The position numbers and the translations under genes are program-made. The notes below the pieces were generated by a model. That model was not told the origin of the DNA and did no database searches. It saw nothing but the letters and a program-made list of their open reading frames with translations. Positions 6,463 to 15,553 of a DNA stretch of 64,000 nt are shown here, piece after piece. The stretch lies in IMG/VR virus record IMGVR_UViG_3300036766_002288, positions 64,001 through 128,000 of that record; one strand, 5' to 3'. The first letter of the stretch is position 1, and each line of letters starts with the position of its first letter. The stretch comes from a virus.

Positions 6463-6660
6463 ATGGACAAGCGTGAATACCGACAACTAAAAAGGACTTT
6501 AAAAAAAGAAGGCAACAAAAAGGCACGAAAAAAACTTAAAAATGACTTAAGAGACAATCCTGAAGAAACCCATTGGTCAGAGATAGATTACGGCAACTGT
6601 AAGACCGAAGATATGAAAAAATACAGCAGAGGACATGAAGATGAATATAGGTCTATTTGA
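6463..6660 (+). CDS. Small basic hypothetical protein
   Basis: GGAG SD, in operon order. Confidence 0.55.
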   Translation: MDKREYRQLKRTLKKEGNKKARKKLKNDLRDNPEETHWSEIDYGNCKTEDMKKYSRGHEDEYRSI

Positions 6661-7210
6661 TATGGACGGTAGCTTAGCTGATTATGAAGGTCAACTAAGG
6701 AAGGATTTGACCAAATGTCTTGGTGAAGAAGATTTGAAAAAGTTCGATGAGTTAGGCATGTGGAAAGCTGACGACCAAGAACCATTTAAATCACTCATTA
6801 GACTGATTAAGAATCAACCTTGTTGGTGGAAGAATCTCCCAGTAATGCAGAAAGGACTGGATATTTTCCACCTTGCTGTGCAGATTGGTTTTAAGAACCA
6901 TATTTTAACTAAGGGTCCAAAACATTATCCAAGGGCGTGGAAAGAAAAAGTTGAATGGTCTCAGCATTTATTTGGCAAGGATATTGACATTCATATAACA
7001 TCGGATAAAGGGTTAGTTTACGGCAGATTTTTATATGACGATTATCCTGATTATATGTTAAAATGGCTTGGGAGGCGTCCAAGGGGTTTGGGTATTATGC
7101 CAGTGAACAATTTCAATAAGGATTTTAACCATCCACAGGTAATTAAATGGGATGGAATAAACTATGATGAAGTGAAGGAAGCGTTGATAAAATGTTTCAA
7201 TAGGGGCTAA
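6641..7210 (+). CDS. 5'(3')-deoxyribonucleotidase (NT5C/HAD family)
   Basis: LFDMDGSLADY, WWxNLP, ILTKGP, EKVEW, DK..V.G..LYDD. Confidence 0.85.
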   Translation: MNIGLFDMDGSLADYEGQLRKDLTKCLGEEDLKKFDELGMWKADDQEPFKSLIRLIKNQPCWWKNLPVMQKGLDIFHLAVQIGFKNHILTKGPKHYPRAWKEKVEWSQHLFGKDIDIHITSDKGLVYGRFLYDDYPDYMLKWLGRRPRGLGIMPVNNFNKDFNHPQVIKWDGINYDEVKEALIKCFNRG

Positions 7211-7231
7211 GTGGCAAAACGGTATACGCAG
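7205..7231 (+). pseudogene. 5' fragment of a class II tRNA-Leu
   Basis: GGCTAAGTGGCAAAACGGTATACGCAG aligns with the 5' 27 nt of the tRNA at 7752, then diverges into A-rich spacer. Confidence 0.65.
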
Positions 7232-7266
7232 AAATAAAAATTAAAACGTGTTTACTATATTAGTTG

Positions 7267-7749
7267 ATGAGAAAAAGAAAATGGAATGACGAGCAATTAA
7301 TAGAAGCTGTTAAAACAAGCAAATCGGTGATGGAAGTATTGAAAAAAATTGGCTTAGGTTTAAGTGGTGGCTCCCATGCTTTGGTAAAAATGAGGATTAA
7401 ACATCTTAAAATTGATAATTCTCATTTTACAGGAAAAGGATGGTGCAGAGGGGAAAAGCACGAGGAATTCATTAAGCGAGTACTTCAGTATCCTTTAGAA
7501 CAAGTTTTAGTCAGAGATTCAACTTATCAGAACACACATGCCTTGAAAAAAAGACTTATAAAAGAAGGATTATTAATAAACGAATGTTGTAATTGTAAAC
7601 TAACCACATGGCTCAATGAGCCTATCAGTTTACAATTACATCATAAAGATGGAGATAGATGTAATAATTTGATTGGAAATCTATCAATACTATGTCCAAA
7701 TTGTCATAGTCAAACATCTACATTTGCAGGTAAGAGTAAAAGAAAATAA
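7267..7749 (+). CDS. HNH homing endonuclease (second subfamily)
   Basis: WNDEQLIEAV..S.S..EVLKK.GL; CCNC..W....LQLHHKDGD..NN...NL..LCPNCHSQT. Confidence 0.9.
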   Translation: MRKRKWNDEQLIEAVKTSKSVMEVLKKIGLGLSGGSHALVKMRIKHLKIDNSHFTGKGWCRGEKHEEFIKRVLQYPLEQVLVRDSTYQNTHALKKRLIKEGLLINECCNCKLTTWLNEPISLQLHHKDGDRCNNLIGNLSILCPNCHSQTSTFAGKSKRK

Positions 7750-7751
7750 AC

Positions 7752-7832
7752 GGCCAAGTGGCGGAATGGTATACGCGGCACACTCAAAATGTGTTGTCCT
7801 TGGGCATGTGGGTTCGACTCCCACCTTGGCTA
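7752..7832 (+). tRNA. tRNA-Leu(CAA), class II
   Basis: GGCCAAG/CTTGGCT, GCACA-CTCAAAA-TGTGT. Confidence 0.95.
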
Positions 7833-7993
7833 CTTATGAATACAAGTCTCAAATATCATGAAAAGATTTGGAAAGAATCCAGTTTTTTAACAAAGATTAA
7901 ATTTATTTTTTTTGGTTCGATCATATTCATGATCTTAATCGTTGGGTATTGTTGGGACAATGGAATTAAGAAGACATTGGATTTATTCAAAGA

Positions 7994-8419
7994 ATGAGCG
8001 TATTTCTATATAATTTTGAGCTTTTAACATGGATGCAATGGAAGATAAACTATCTTCCAGGCATTAGGGTTCAATGTGATTTCAGCAAGATTAATGCTAC
8101 ACCAGCGGTTCATATTGCAACTACGACAGATCAAATACGTTATCCTTGGTATGAAAATGGTGATTGGCGGGATGGGACTCCGTTGTGGTTCAAAGTTGGT
8201 GGTGGCCAGGTATTATGGCGGGGGCCTGCTGTAAGATATAAAGGTGTTTATTTAATTTTAGATGGGTGTCATAGGCTTCTTGACTTACAGCCAAGTATTG
8301 TTATAATGGATTATATTGATTTGAAGCAGGAAGAAATTTGTTATTTTAGTGACCTTTTAGGGATGTGGAACAATGACAATCCAAGAAGCGGCTGGTTTTT
8401 TGGTAAAACACCTGAATGA
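7994..8419 (+). CDS. Hypothetical protein, ParB/Srx-like motif
   Basis: YLILDGCHRL resembles the ParB-N DGHHR motif. Confidence 0.5.
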   Translation: MSVFLYNFELLTWMQWKINYLPGIRVQCDFSKINATPAVHIATTTDQIRYPWYENGDWRDGTPLWFKVGGGQVLWRGPAVRYKGVYLILDGCHRLLDLQPSIVIMDYIDLKQEEICYFSDLLGMWNNDNPRSGWFFGKTPE

Positions 8420-8561
8420 TCCAGAAACATTTATTGTTTCTGTTCGGGATAATGAAATCTTTGTAGACGTTAATTGGATTTATCGTAAGTATGAAATAGA
8501 TCAATTAGGCGGCAGTTGGAACGGGTTTCCAGTGAAAACAGGTCGCATAAGTTGTTGGTAA
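8373..8561 (+). CDS. Small hypothetical protein
   Basis: ORF in operon order. Confidence 0.5.
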   Translation: MTIQEAAGFLVKHLNDPETFIVSVRDNEIFVDVNWIYRKYEIDQLGGSWNGFPVKTGRISCW

Positions 8562-8779
8562 GCAGCAATCGTGGCGGGTAGTGAGCATAGCAGGGGCGAA
8601 AACGCAAATATTCCGCGAACGAAGGACTGGGCGAGTGAGTGGTGAGCGATCTTTCTTTATTCATGGATGAATAAGTGGCTTATTAGAGGCGAAGTTCATC
8701 TAACTATGACAACCAGAAAGAGCGGCGGATATTCTAATCGGCGGTATCAAAAGGCGTGACACCTGCATAGTCGATTGAT

Positions 8780-8861
8780 GGCCAAGTGGTGGAACGGTAT
8801 ACACAGCAGACTTAAAATCTGCCGCCCGTTGGGCTTGCGGGTTCAACTCCCGCCTTGGCCA
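8780..8861 (+). tRNA. tRNA-Leu(TAA), class II
   Basis: GGCCAAG/CTTGGCC, GCAGA-CTTAAAA-TCTGC. Confidence 0.95.
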
Positions 8862-9003
8862 CTATATGTCTTTCATAATAAATTTAACCTTTCTGCCAGT
8901 ATCAATATTTGCATACTTACTATTCCAAAAATGGTATAAACCAATTACAATTCCAGGCATACTATATCATTACATTGAAACTGGTAAATGGGGAAACTAG
9001 CCA

Positions 9004-9567
9004 ATGGAAAGAACTGAACTAACTGATGGCGGATACATATTGTATCAACCAGATTTCTATAATACAAAAATCGCAGATAATCTCTTCAACTTGTTACTAG
9101 ATGTTCCCTGGAAACAAGAGACATTTTCTTGGGGCAAATTTCCTAGACTCACATCTTATTACGCCGATGAAGGTGTAAAATATGAATATTCTGGAGTCAC
9201 CCACAAAGCTTTGGTATGGCCAGGAATTCTCTCAGCGGTAAAAGATAAAACTCAACAAGTTGTTGGTGAGAAATTTAACAGTCTATTGTTAAATTTCTAC
9301 AGGGATGGTGCGGATTCTATTGGCTGGCATTCAGATGATGAGAAAGAATTAGGAATAAATCCAATCATTGCATCTATTTCATTGGGTGCTGAAAGAACAT
9401 TCAATGTTAGGCACAAAAGAACTAAGGAAAAGTGGTCTATAGTTTTAAAGAATGGAAGTTTAATAGTTATGGGTGGTACAATGCAACATCATTGGCAGCA
9501 TTGTGTGCCAAAGACAACCAAGCCAGTTTTTGCAAGAATAAACCTTACTTTTAGGAACATTTTATGA
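9004..9567 (+). CDS. alkB: AlkB-family 2OG-Fe(II) dioxygenase (ALKBH2/3-like)
   Basis: PRLTSYY, NSLLLNFYRDGADSIGWHSDDE (HxD), HWQHCVPK, RINLTFR. Confidence 0.92.
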   Translation: MERTELTDGGYILYQPDFYNTKIADNLFNLLLDVPWKQETFSWGKFPRLTSYYADEGVKYEYSGVTHKALVWPGILSAVKDKTQQVVGEKFNSLLLNFYRDGADSIGWHSDDEKELGINPIIASISLGAERTFNVRHKRTKEKWSIVLKNGSLIVMGGTMQHHWQHCVPKTTKPVFARINLTFRNIL

Positions 9568-9962
9568 GTTCATACAAAGAAGCATGTCAAGTTACAAAAG
9601 AGACTGATAAGTTATTTACAGCATACGATTTTCATCCAAGTGATTTGGTTGTAATTGGTCATGAAGAAGGCACACAGTTAGTGTATAAAAGTGCCTTCTT
9701 AAAAGAATGGAAAGATTACATCTTCGTTTTCACAGAGCATCATGGGACTTTAGTTTACCATAAATACGATTTATCTTATTATAATCAATACACTACCAAG
9801 GAAATAGAAAAGCTAAAATTCACATTTCATAAGGATATATGTCAAGACTGCAAAATTGAATTCAAAGTTGAAGATTTAAGGTATGGCTATCATCCAGAAC
9901 GATATGAGGAAATCAGCATTCTTTGTAATGGTTGCTATGAAAAGGCTTGTGACTTACCCTGA
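9564..9962 (+). CDS. Hypothetical protein with C-terminal CxxC..CxxC
   Basis: ORF with Zn-ribbon-like cysteines. Confidence 0.6.
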   Translation: MSSYKEACQVTKETDKLFTAYDFHPSDLVVIGHEEGTQLVYKSAFLKEWKDYIFVFTEHHGTLVYHKYDLSYYNQYTTKEIEKLKFTFHKDICQDCKIEFKVEDLRYGYHPERYEEISILCNGCYEKACDLP

Positions 9963-12900
9963 TACCTTTTTAATATAAATGCCATTCGTTGCTAGCTCAA
10001 AAGTTAAATACTCAATATATTCTTTAGCTGATTTTAGATTCCAACCCAATGCTTCTCTAGCTAGTTTTATTGCTTGAATCTTATCTCCCTGTTCTATTTT
10101 GCTCTCCATGTCCATTATTGTTTTTTTGTCTAAAAACGGCTTGCCAGGCATATCATGGTAGTGCTGAACCATTATTTCATGTGCTTTTTCTTGAGATAAA
10201 GGAGAAATGGCATAAATTGTTTTAGCATCAAAATATTTTTGTATTGCTAATTCTTTTAAATAGGTTTTTTTGATATCAAACAATTGATTTGGACTATAAT
10301 TAGCACCTAATGCGGCGTTGACCTTAGTTAAAATATCTTCAATTGGATAACTAGGGTTGTAATATTTAGTAGAAATAATTGCCCTCGCTACTTTCAAATC
10401 CATTGGGAAAAGGAATGCCTTCAATGGATTAAAGCTGTTTTTCAAAGAATCAATAATTTTAGCACCTGTATCTATGGGAGCAGGAGCAGTTGCTAGTTCC
10501 ATATCATCTGCTTCGATAGCATAACTACCGCCACTAGGAAACTTAACACTATAACCATGTTCAAAATCTGATTGTGGAATTTTGTAAACAATTGTTCCAA
10601 CCATACCTTTGTGATAACCATTTATGATCTTAACTGGATCGCCATTTTTGAATTCTTTTTTAGGTTTTGAAGACAACTCAATATTCACCACCTTAATAGG
10701 TGCCTCGCCACCATCATCAAACTTAATATGCACCATGTTATCTTTGTAAGCGCCTGTATAAGTTTTAGTTATATGACCAGTCAGACCTGCATACATTCCA
10801 TCTTTGACTTTTACAAAGTCTCCGACTTTAAAATCCTTTTTAGACCCCGCCGCCACTGGTGCTACTAATTGCAGATTGCCTGCATGTACCAAATATTCAT
10901 ATCCAGCACCGCCAGACTTTATTTTATAAAGATTATCACCTACAATTTTCTCTTTAACGACGCCAGTTATTCCATTATGTTCACCGCCAGTAACTTTAAC
11001 GGTTGCCCCAATTTCAAACGTTTTTGACTGACCCTTCTTGCCTGTTATTTCGAACTGATTTGGTGCTAAAATTTGATCTTGTTTGCCACCGAAGGCAATG
11101 TCTAAAGCAATAGTATAATTTGTTCCGTGGTTCACCTTAACGGTGCCTGTAAAACCTGCAAAACTACCATCTATTACCTTAACAATGTCCCCCACTTCTG
11201 GGGTGGGCGATTTATCTAATTCGATATCATTTTTATAGAAAAGATACGGGGAATCGGATGACCCTAATGTAACCATATAATTCCCATTTTCAGTCTTGTG
11301 CTTAAATTTACCTTTTTTGCCTGTGTGCAAACCATTTTTAACTTTAATAGGATCGCCTGCCTTAAAATCTTCTTTTTCCTTAACAGAATCATCCTTCTTC
11401 AAATCCCCCTGAGAGAAATACAAATTTTGCTTTTTACTATCAAGGGGACTTTCTACGGCGACAATCCACACACCTTCAGTTGAAGTTGAGGTTACAATCT
11501 CACCTTTCTTGCCCTTGTAATCACCATTAGTTATGATTACAGGGTCGCCTACTTTATATGATGGTCTTGTTTTTTCATCCTTTTGCAAATCGTAGTTTGA
11601 ATAGGGAATTAGGTTTACAAGACCAAGATCGACTTGATAGGGATATGGGTCTTCGGCGGCTTTTATATTTTTGATAAAACCTTTCATGCCTTTATGACTT
11701 CCATATTTGATAGTAACATGGTCGCCTACTTTAAGGCCCAGAAGCGACTTGCCACCGCTAGCGGAATCGTCTTTCTTGAAGTAATCTGAGGAATACCATT
11801 GTTCATCGGCTTCCCCACCATGCGGCATCGTTACAAGAACACTCCATGAATGCCCATTATAACTTTTGAGAACACCTTTTGAGCCGTTATAAGTGCCATG
11901 AGTGATGATTACATGGTCCCCTACCTTATTCCCTTTTTCGTCTGGGAAGCTGCTGGCTTTCTTTTCAACAACTTCAAATCTATGTCTCTTAAAAGCCTTT
12001 GTAGGCTTATCTGCGAACTCGACGTTGAAATAAGGAAAATCGTATTTGTAAATCTTATCTATGACGGTTCCAGTTTGGCCAACATATCCACTAGAACCAC
12101 CTATAATCTTAACCTTGTCACCAATATCTACATCAGAAGGATGTGGGGGCTGATTAATTGGGGTTCCTGTGTATGTCGGCTGTGGAACAGGTTTACCCTT
12201 ATTAACCTTGGCCCAATATTCTTGATTAACTTGTCCCATAGAGTATGGGGCTGGTCCATAATTGCCAGTTACAGGGCTTGATACTGATTGATTTATAATA
12301 TGTTGACTAGCATATTGTTCTGGGGTAATATCTTTAGGCTTACTTTCCCAATAAGTATCATTAGGATAGTTTTTTTCATGTTCAGCTTTCTTTTTCTCAT
12401 ATTGAGATTGCTGCATCTGATTATATATCTCTGCCTTTTTCTTTAGAATTTCAGGCCAATCTTTCTCAAAGTCCAAAAAAGTTTTGCCTGTCTTGAGCTT
12501 AATACCAATTTTGGCCACTTCCCGCATTGAAGGACTAATATGCTCAAACATTTCGTGGGGAGAAACTAGATCACGTTTATGGTCAAGTGATTTCTGAATC
12601 CAATCATACTTATTATCTTTCCTATAACTTTTTAATTTAGTGAATACACTACCAGTATTATGTTGTAAGTCGTAAACATGGTCAATGTAGGCGATTATCT
12701 TATTTGGCGTTTCGGCATCATTTAGGTGTGTCCAACCATCAGCAATACCTCCCCAGGCTTTGCCACCATATGAACTACCCCATTTTGCATTATAAAATAG
12801 CCAACTGGCTAGCTTTGCCCATTCTTCATCTGTTCCACCTGCATGTTTCAGAGCTTTGTATGAAGTGGTATAACCATCATCACTGTTTTTAGCTGTAGTC

Positions 12901-13454
12901 GGTATATGGATACGATCCATTATTTCTGCTGTTTCTGGATTTTGTAAATTTCTTAAAGCGAGTGTGTAATTCCTTAGTAAACTTGCTTCTTTTGGACCGA
13001 GTTCCTTTTTCACTCTTTCAATTAAAAGTTTAGGCTTATTTCTTTCACTATCATATAAGTGTCTTAATTCGGCGGAAATAGAAAACATAACTGCTTCCAA
13101 TAGTTCCTTTTTAAGGGCTGGCAGTAGTTTATTGCCTACTTCATATAGAGCATGATAGAATTTGTCCTCTACGGTCATGGACATATCACCATAATGTCTC
13201 GTATCTGGTGGAAGTCCTTTTTCTTCTCTTTCTTTATTCTGAAGTGCATTAGCTTTTTCTGTATCTTCTCCACCAAAATCCATTGGTTTTAGATACATGT
13301 GAATACCAGGCGGAAGAAGATATTCGAGCATGTAAAAGTCGTACATTTGCTGTTGTCTATCTTCTGGGACATGGTATGTCCATGAACCAAATACACCTTC
13401 TAGTATTGGATTATAATCTTTTTTATTTAACCAATTAGCGAACTTGTCTAGCAT
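9954..13454 (-). CDS. Giant protein: unknown N-terminal domain + 9 KOW repeats + C-terminal L7/L12-CTD-like motif
   Basis: Nine (F/K)xxGDxVxIxxGxxxGxxG repeats; C-terminal GDKIQAIKLAREALGWNLKSAKEYIE; likely start MLDKFANWL with TAAATA 5 nt upstream. Confidence 0.8.
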   Translation of the reverse strand: MLDKFANWLNKKDYNPILEGVFGSWTYHVPEDRQQQMYDFYMLEYLLPPGIHMYLKPMDFGGEDTEKANALQNKEREEKGLPPDTRHYGDMSMTVEDKFYHALYEVGNKLLPALKKELLEAVMFSISAELRHLYDSERNKPKLLIERVKKELGPKEASLLRNYTLALRNLQNPETAEIMDRIHIPTTAKNSDDGYTTSYKALKHAGGTDEEWAKLASWLFYNAKWGSSYGGKAWGGIADGWTHLNDAETPNKIIAYIDHVYDLQHNTGSVFTKLKSYRKDNKYDWIQKSLDHKRDLVSPHEMFEHISPSMREVAKIGIKLKTGKTFLDFEKDWPEILKKKAEIYNQMQQSQYEKKKAEHEKNYPNDTYWESKPKDITPEQYASQHIINQSVSSPVTGNYGPAPYSMGQVNQEYWAKVNKGKPVPQPTYTGTPINQPPHPSDVDIGDKVKIIGGSSGYVGQTGTVIDKIYKYDFPYFNVEFADKPTKAFKRHRFEVVEKKASSFPDEKGNKVGDHVIITHGTYNGSKGVLKSYNGHSWSVLVTMPHGGEADEQWYSSDYFKKDDSASGGKSLLGLKVGDHVTIKYGSHKGMKGFIKNIKAAEDPYPYQVDLGLVNLIPYSNYDLQKDEKTRPSYKVGDPVIITNGDYKGKKGEIVTSTSTEGVWIVAVESPLDSKKQNLYFSQGDLKKDDSVKEKEDFKAGDPIKVKNGLHTGKKGKFKHKTENGNYMVTLGSSDSPYLFYKNDIELDKSPTPEVGDIVKVIDGSFAGFTGTVKVNHGTNYTIALDIAFGGKQDQILAPNQFEITGKKGQSKTFEIGATVKVTGGEHNGITGVVKEKIVGDNLYKIKSGGAGYEYLVHAGNLQLVAPVAAGSKKDFKVGDFVKVKDGMYAGLTGHITKTYTGAYKDNMVHIKFDDGGEAPIKVVNIELSSKPKKEFKNGDPVKIINGYHKGMVGTIVYKIPQSDFEHGYSVKFPSGGSYAIEADDMELATAPAPIDTGAKIIDSLKNSFNPLKAFLFPMDLKVARAIISTKYYNPSYPIEDILTKVNAALGANYSPNQLFDIKKTYLKELAIQKYFDAKTIYAISPLSQEKAHEIMVQHYHDMPGKPFLDKKTIMDMESKIEQGDKIQAIKLAREALGWNLKSAKEYIEYLTFELATNGIYIKKVSG

Positions 13455-13483
13455 TGTAATATTTATGTTCTTTTCTCTCAATT

Positions 13484-14347
13484 TTGTTGGTAAATACTAA
13501 AATGAGTGTGTCACTTGATGAGTTAGTTAATTGTGATGGGCAATTAGTCTATGCTATTGATGAAGAAGAGAACGTCTACATAGGTATTTTGTATTATAAA
13601 CCAGAGAACGGTGAATTTTCGGTTGAAATTTGGGAAGATTCGTGCTGCGCGATGGCAATAATGACTCCAGACGACCTTATTTACTTAATTTGTAATAATC
13701 CTAGCGGAACAGTAATAACATTCTTTGACCCAGACTTGTTTGATTTAAATACGACTTGGACAGTTCCTGATGGTATTTTTTCTGTATTTGTCGAATGCTG
13801 GGGCGCGGGTGGATATGGCAATACTAATATTAGTGGTGCATTTGGAGGTGGTGGAGGTGGTGGGGGTGCTTACGCTGCTAGTATAGTGTCAGTAATGCCT
13901 GGAGATGTTTATAGTATAACGATTACAAATACTAATTGTAATCCTAACTTCGTTTCAACCATATTTGGGTCAAATTTAGTTACTGCTGCTGCGGGGAGTT
14001 GTGCTAATGCTCTTGGCATAGGTGGGGCAGGCGGGCAAGTGGCAGATAGTATAGGCACTACTAGATTTGCTGGTGGAAATGGTGGGGATGGGGACACATC
14101 TGTTGGAGGTAGTGGCGGCGGTGGTGGGGCATGTGCAGGGCCAGGTGGACCAGGAAATGCTGGGGCAATTGTCACTGGTGGTGTCGGAGATGGTGATTTA
14201 GCAGGCAGTGGCGGGGCAGGAGCGGCATTGCCTGCAACTCCTGCCGATTTTGGTGGACTTTATGGTGGAGGTGGAGGTGGTGGAGCAAGTGGTGGAGCAA
14301 TAGAAGGAGCAAATGGACCCCCAGGAATTATTCGTTTAACATATTGA
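13484..14347 (+). CDS. Glycine-rich-domain virion-type protein
   Basis: WTVPDGIFSVFVECWGAGG..GGGGGAYA..GGGGG..G..GIIRLTY module. Confidence 0.7.
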   Translation: MLVNTKMSVSLDELVNCDGQLVYAIDEEENVYIGILYYKPENGEFSVEIWEDSCCAMAIMTPDDLIYLICNNPSGTVITFFDPDLFDLNTTWTVPDGIFSVFVECWGAGGYGNTNISGAFGGGGGGGGAYAASIVSVMPGDVYSITITNTNCNPNFVSTIFGSNLVTAAAGSCANALGIGGAGGQVADSIGTTRFAGGNGGDGDTSVGGSGGGGGACAGPGGPGNAGAIVTGGVGDGDLAGSGGAGAALPATPADFGGLYGGGGGGGASGGAIEGANGPPGIIRLTY

Positions 14348-14371
14348 CATTCTTGATTTTTGTGCTATATA
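14344..14371 (+). promoter_or_regulatory. Sigma70-type promoter upstream of HNH/tRNA block
   Basis: TTGACA-N16-TATATA with TG extension. Confidence 0.55.
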
Positions 14372-14379
14372 TTAATTAG

Positions 14380-14910
14380 ATGAAATACACCAAGGAACTA
14401 CTTGAGGCCATAGTAAAAGAAAGCTTATCAGTAGCCCAAGTTATAAAGAAATTAGGACTAAAACAAGCTGGTGGTACGCATCATTACATTTCAAAAAAGC
14501 TTAAGTGCTTTGAAATTAATGTTGAGCATTTTACTGGACGCGCAAGTAACCACGGAGACATGCATAAAGGTGGCCCAGCTAAAAGAACGTGGCAAGAAAT
14601 ACTAGTTTTAAGAGAAGATGGTAAAAGACAAAGAGCATTTGTATTAAGACGTGCATTGATTGAATCTGGAAGCAATTACGAATGCAGTATATGTAATATT
14701 AAAGAATGGTTTGGCAAGACAATAATTCTAGAAGTAGACCATCTAAATGGCGATTATTGTGATGACAGAAAAGAAAATATAAGATTTATGTGCCCGAATT
14801 GTCATAGTCAATCACCTAAATATTGTGGCAGTAAGGGTTACACAACTATAACTAGCACTGCCAAATCGCAGAAAGAAAGAAGGAAGAGAGTACAGTTGGC
14901 CAAGTGGTGA
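14380..14910 (+). CDS. HNH homing endonuclease (paralog of 7267-7749); stop lies inside the next tRNA
   Basis: YTKELLEAIV..S.S..QVIKKLGL; CSIC..W....LEVDHLNGD..D....N.RF.CPNCHSQ. Confidence 0.9.
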   Translation: MKYTKELLEAIVKESLSVAQVIKKLGLKQAGGTHHYISKKLKCFEINVEHFTGRASNHGDMHKGGPAKRTWQEILVLREDGKRQRAFVLRRALIESGSNYECSICNIKEWFGKTIILEVDHLNGDYCDDRKENIRFMCPNCHSQSPKYCGSKGYTTITSTAKSQKERRKRVQLAKW

Positions 14911-15001
14911 AATGGCATACACGCAGGTCTTATTGGTTAAACAACCAGCAATAGAAGCCTGTGCCCGTAAGGGCGTGCGGGTTCAAGTCCCGCCTTGGCC
15001 A
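14898..15001 (+). tRNA. Class II tRNA-Leu (probably TAG) with 21-nt insertion in the anticodon loop
   Basis: GGCCAAG/CTTGGCC, CAGGT/GCCTG stem enclosing a 28-nt loop CTTATTGGTTAAACAACCAGCAATAGAA. Confidence 0.8.
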
Positions 15002-15005
15002 CTTT

Positions 15006-15341
15006 ATGAGTCGATACGGATTTGATTTAGATGGAACTCTTGATGTTCCTTCCATAGCACAACTCGCCAATGATTTATATGACGCAGGACACGAAATATA
15101 CATAGTCACAGGTGGGTTTGGCGATCATGGAGAATGGACAATTTCTGAGCGCGAAAAGAAATTAGCCAGACTTGGTGTTAAATACACAGAAATCATTCGT
15201 TGTTTAAAACCCTCTTTTGAAGAAATTGGTAAAGAGAAAGGTCGTATTTGCAAAGAAAGAAAAATTTCTTTGTTATTTGACGACTCAGAAACTTATATCC
15301 AGCAATCTAAAGGGGCGGTCCAATGTCTGAAAGTGATCTAA
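15006..15341 (+). CDS. HAD-superfamily small hydrolase
   Basis: GFDLDGTL, IVTGG, KG..C......LFDDS. Confidence 0.7.
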   Translation: MSRYGFDLDGTLDVPSIAQLANDLYDAGHEIYIVTGGFGDHGEWTISEREKKLARLGVKYTEIIRCLKPSFEEIGKEKGRICKERKISLLFDDSETYIQQSKGAVQCLKVI

Positions 15342-15553
15342 AACAACTTATTCTTGAAAAAGGCGGCGTAGCTGCCATTAAACATTACCGTGAAATCAAT
15401 AAATGCAATTTAAAAGAAGCAGTCCAAGCAATAGATTCACTTGGCCCATTGCCACGTATCTTTAAATCAACTACTCCATGTCCAGATTGTGGCAAATTGC
15501 TTAGAACAGATTTAGCAAAACAATGTTTTGAATGTGGAAAGGATTGGCATTAA
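15323..15553 (+). CDS. L7/L12-CTD-like motif + Zn ribbon protein
   Basis: AAIKHYREINKCNLKEAVQAID; CPDCG..LRT..AKQCFECG. Confidence 0.6.
   Translation: MSESDLKQLILEKGGVAAIKHYREINKCNLKEAVQAIDSLGPLPRIFKSTTPCPDCGKLLRTDLAKQCFECGKDWH

Noticed and set aside
7203-7260. tmRNA 5' end (GGGGCT)
   Set aside because: Continues as a tRNA-Leu D-arm; no tag ORF or tmRNA 3' end found.
3657-7997. ORF-track entries overlapping tRNAs (3657-, 3968+, 5718-, 5859+ N-terminus, 7673+, 7758+ N-terminus; also 14961+ N-terminus)
   Set aside because: They translate tRNA sequence; real starts lie after the tRNAs where present.
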